From a virus, in the IMG/VR virus record IMGVR_UViG_3300036652_000269, positions 25,279 to 89,278 of that record: a DNA stretch of 64,000 bases. One strand, 5' to 3'. The position numbers and the translations under genes were made by a program. Below the pieces are notes generated by a model, which searched no databases, was not told the DNA's origin, and was given only the letters and a program-made list of their open reading frames with translations. Below are positions 62,540-64,000 of the stretch, piece by piece. The stretch's first letter is position 1. Every line of letters begins with the position of its first letter.

Positions 62540-63082
62540 TTACAGACTATCGCTAAGCACCCGTGCGTGGATCACCGCTTCCCACGCGGTGCTTAGTTCT
62601 TCCCACATGTCGTCGTCCCTTAGACCAAGTGAGAAACCGTATTGTTCGGCTTCGTCAGCTGTCAGGGTGAAAGGTGCACTGGGTGGTGGCGCATCATCCG
62701 GTGCCAGGATGTTGGGGACCACGTTGAAGTAGCCGCCGAAGACATACCCAAGCACGCACATGCACGGGTTCTCCATCGCCAGCCTGCCGAAGATGCGCCA
62801 GTACCAATCGGGCACGTAGGTGTCCAACCACTTGGCACCGTGCATCACCCGCACACCCAGTGACGATCCGGTGTCCGTTTCCATTCCGGCTTCGATCACT
62901 AACTCGGTGCGGGCGTCGTGTGCGGCCCCGTGGTTCTGATAGTTCGTGGGGCAGTCGTCCACGGTTGTTTCGCGGACCATGCCTCCACCGCACGCCTGAC
63001 AGATGCAGGCGTCCCATGGCTGGGCACGACAGGTAGGGCACGGGAAGACCAGTGCCACGGTGTTGAGCAAGTCGGGTGTCAT
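62540..63082 (-). CDS. Hypothetical protein
   Basis: CPTC.A...C and GA.WLD...P.W...C.CVLG motifs. Confidence 0.55.
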   Translation of the reverse strand: MTPDLLNTVALVFPCPTCRAQPWDACICQACGGGMVRETTVDDCPTNYQNHGAAHDARTELVIEAGMETDTGSSLGVRVMHGAKWLDTYVPDWYWRIFGRLAMENPCMCVLGYVFGGYFNVVPNILAPDDAPPPSAPFTLTADEAEQYGFSLGLRDDDMWEELSTAWEAVIHARVLSDSL

Positions 63083-63450
63083 GACGCCACCCGTAGCTGA
63101 CGCCGGGACACGGCACCCATCCTGGCCAGCTGTTCCCTGAGCAGGTCTTCACGAGCCAGCCGACCGCTGCCCGGTTCCAGCAAGTAGCCGGGCTGGTATC
63201 GGACCTGTGTCTTCTTGACAAGCCGGAAGCTGCCGTCGAACGTCTGCACCTGGACGGCACGTTCACAGCGCATACAGGTTGACGTACGAGTGAACTCGAT
63301 CAACCTGCCACGACTGCTGTAGGTCAGGTTCCAGTCGCCGTCGTATCGCCAGGCGTGCTGGTGCCGGTCCCGACATTCCAACACCGCGTCGTTCATCGAG
63401 GTCAGCGCGGTCTTGGCGTCGGGGGTCTTGCGGTTGCGAGTGGTTGGCAT
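63079..63450 (-). CDS. Hypothetical protein
   Basis: CR...H.W...R...C.RC...Y..GY. Confidence 0.55.
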   Translation of the reverse strand: MPTTRNRKTPDAKTALTSMNDAVLECRDRHQHAWRYDGDWNLTYSSRGRLIEFTRTSTCMRCERAVQVQTFDGSFRLVKKTQVRYQPGYLLEPGSGRLAREDLLREQLARMGAVSRRQLRVAS

Positions 63451-63489
63451 GTGTGTTCCTTGTCTGTCCGATAGTCAGGTGACACCAAA

Positions 63490-63533
63490 GACCCAGGGTG
63501 GGTGCCCATCCCTCCGAGGCACCACCCTGGGTC
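63490..63533 (-). terminator. Stem-loop after lsr2
   Basis: GACCCAGGGTGG...CCACCCTGGGTC. Confidence 0.6.
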
Positions 63534-63547
63534 GTCTGCGGTGGTTG

Positions 63548-63955
63548 CTAGTTGACAACCGACGTGCGACGAGTCCGCCTAGTCCTGCGGGCCGGGCGCT
63601 TGGACTTCAGGTAGGCGTTCACCACGTCCTGGGCGATGCGGCCACGTTCGGCAACGGGCTTGCCACCCCAGTGTTCGGCTGCCCACGTACGGACCTCATC
63701 GTTAGACACCTTCGGTTTCGCTGCCGCCTTCCGCTGGCGCGGGACTGGTGTGCTGGTACCGGCGTCGGTGCCATCGACTGCCTTGGGCTTGTGGCTGACC
63801 TTGATGTACGGGGCCAACGTCCGCAGGAACTCGGCACGGTTCTTCTTCGACAAGTGCACTTCGTAGCTGTCGCCGTTGACGCTGAACACCACGGCTTCGG
63901 CGTTGGGAGTGTCATCGAAGTCGTCGTGCTGCACTACGTGGATGCGTGTGGTCAT
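63548..63955 (-). CDS. lsr2: Lsr2-family nucleoid-associated protein
   Basis: DD.D...A..V.F...G..YE..LS..N...L.PY dimerisation domain; VR.WA...V..RGRI...V..AY DNA-binding domain. Confidence 0.92.
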   Translation of the reverse strand: MTTRIHVVQHDDFDDTPNAEAVVFSVNGDSYEVHLSKKNRAEFLRTLAPYIKVSHKPKAVDGTDAGTSTPVPRQRKAAAKPKVSNDEVRTWAAEHWGGKPVAERGRIAQDVVNAYLKSKRPARRTRRTRRTSVVN

Positions 63956-64000
63956 GCTGTCGTCACTTCTTTCTGGTTACGAACCGACGCTTGGGTGCGT

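Overview
A 64-kb internal slice of a large, high-GC, contractile-tailed (myovirus-type) actinobacteriophage. Essentially all genes lie on the minus strand, so the gene order reads from the window end to its start. That order is: early/regulatory genes (Lsr2, MerR-HTH, Rho-N-like), SSB, a GT2 synthase preceded by an LPYTG mini-protein, DnaE, intein-containing RecA and three nucleases/resolvases. Next come a ParB-DUF4417(intein)/ureohydrolase/Arg-only protein/JAB locus, ThyX, many small ORFs, TerS and TerL (about 5.6 kb apart), Rpf and other envelope proteins. The late block follows: portal-MuF, head accessory and 'cargo' proteins, prohead protease, HK97-type capsid, neck, sheath, tube, frameshifted tail chaperone and the start of the tape measure. 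Two candidate undescribed systems stand out. (1) Head-region polyproteins in which effector domains (two ADP-ribosyltransferase-like, HNH, Acb1-like 2H phosphoesterase, PG-binding) are delimited by an identically spaced 17-residue tag, E-x-K-x-F-[DN]-x-x-E-x-R-x-x-x-G-R-W. This may be a prohead-protease cut site plus a capsid-targeting signal. (2) The ParB-DUF4417 + arginase-family + Lys-free Arg-rich protein + JAB protease cluster, possibly a DNA- or peptide-modification pathway. Family calls come from motif recognition by eye; no database searches were run. No tRNA, CRISPR array or integrase was recognised.
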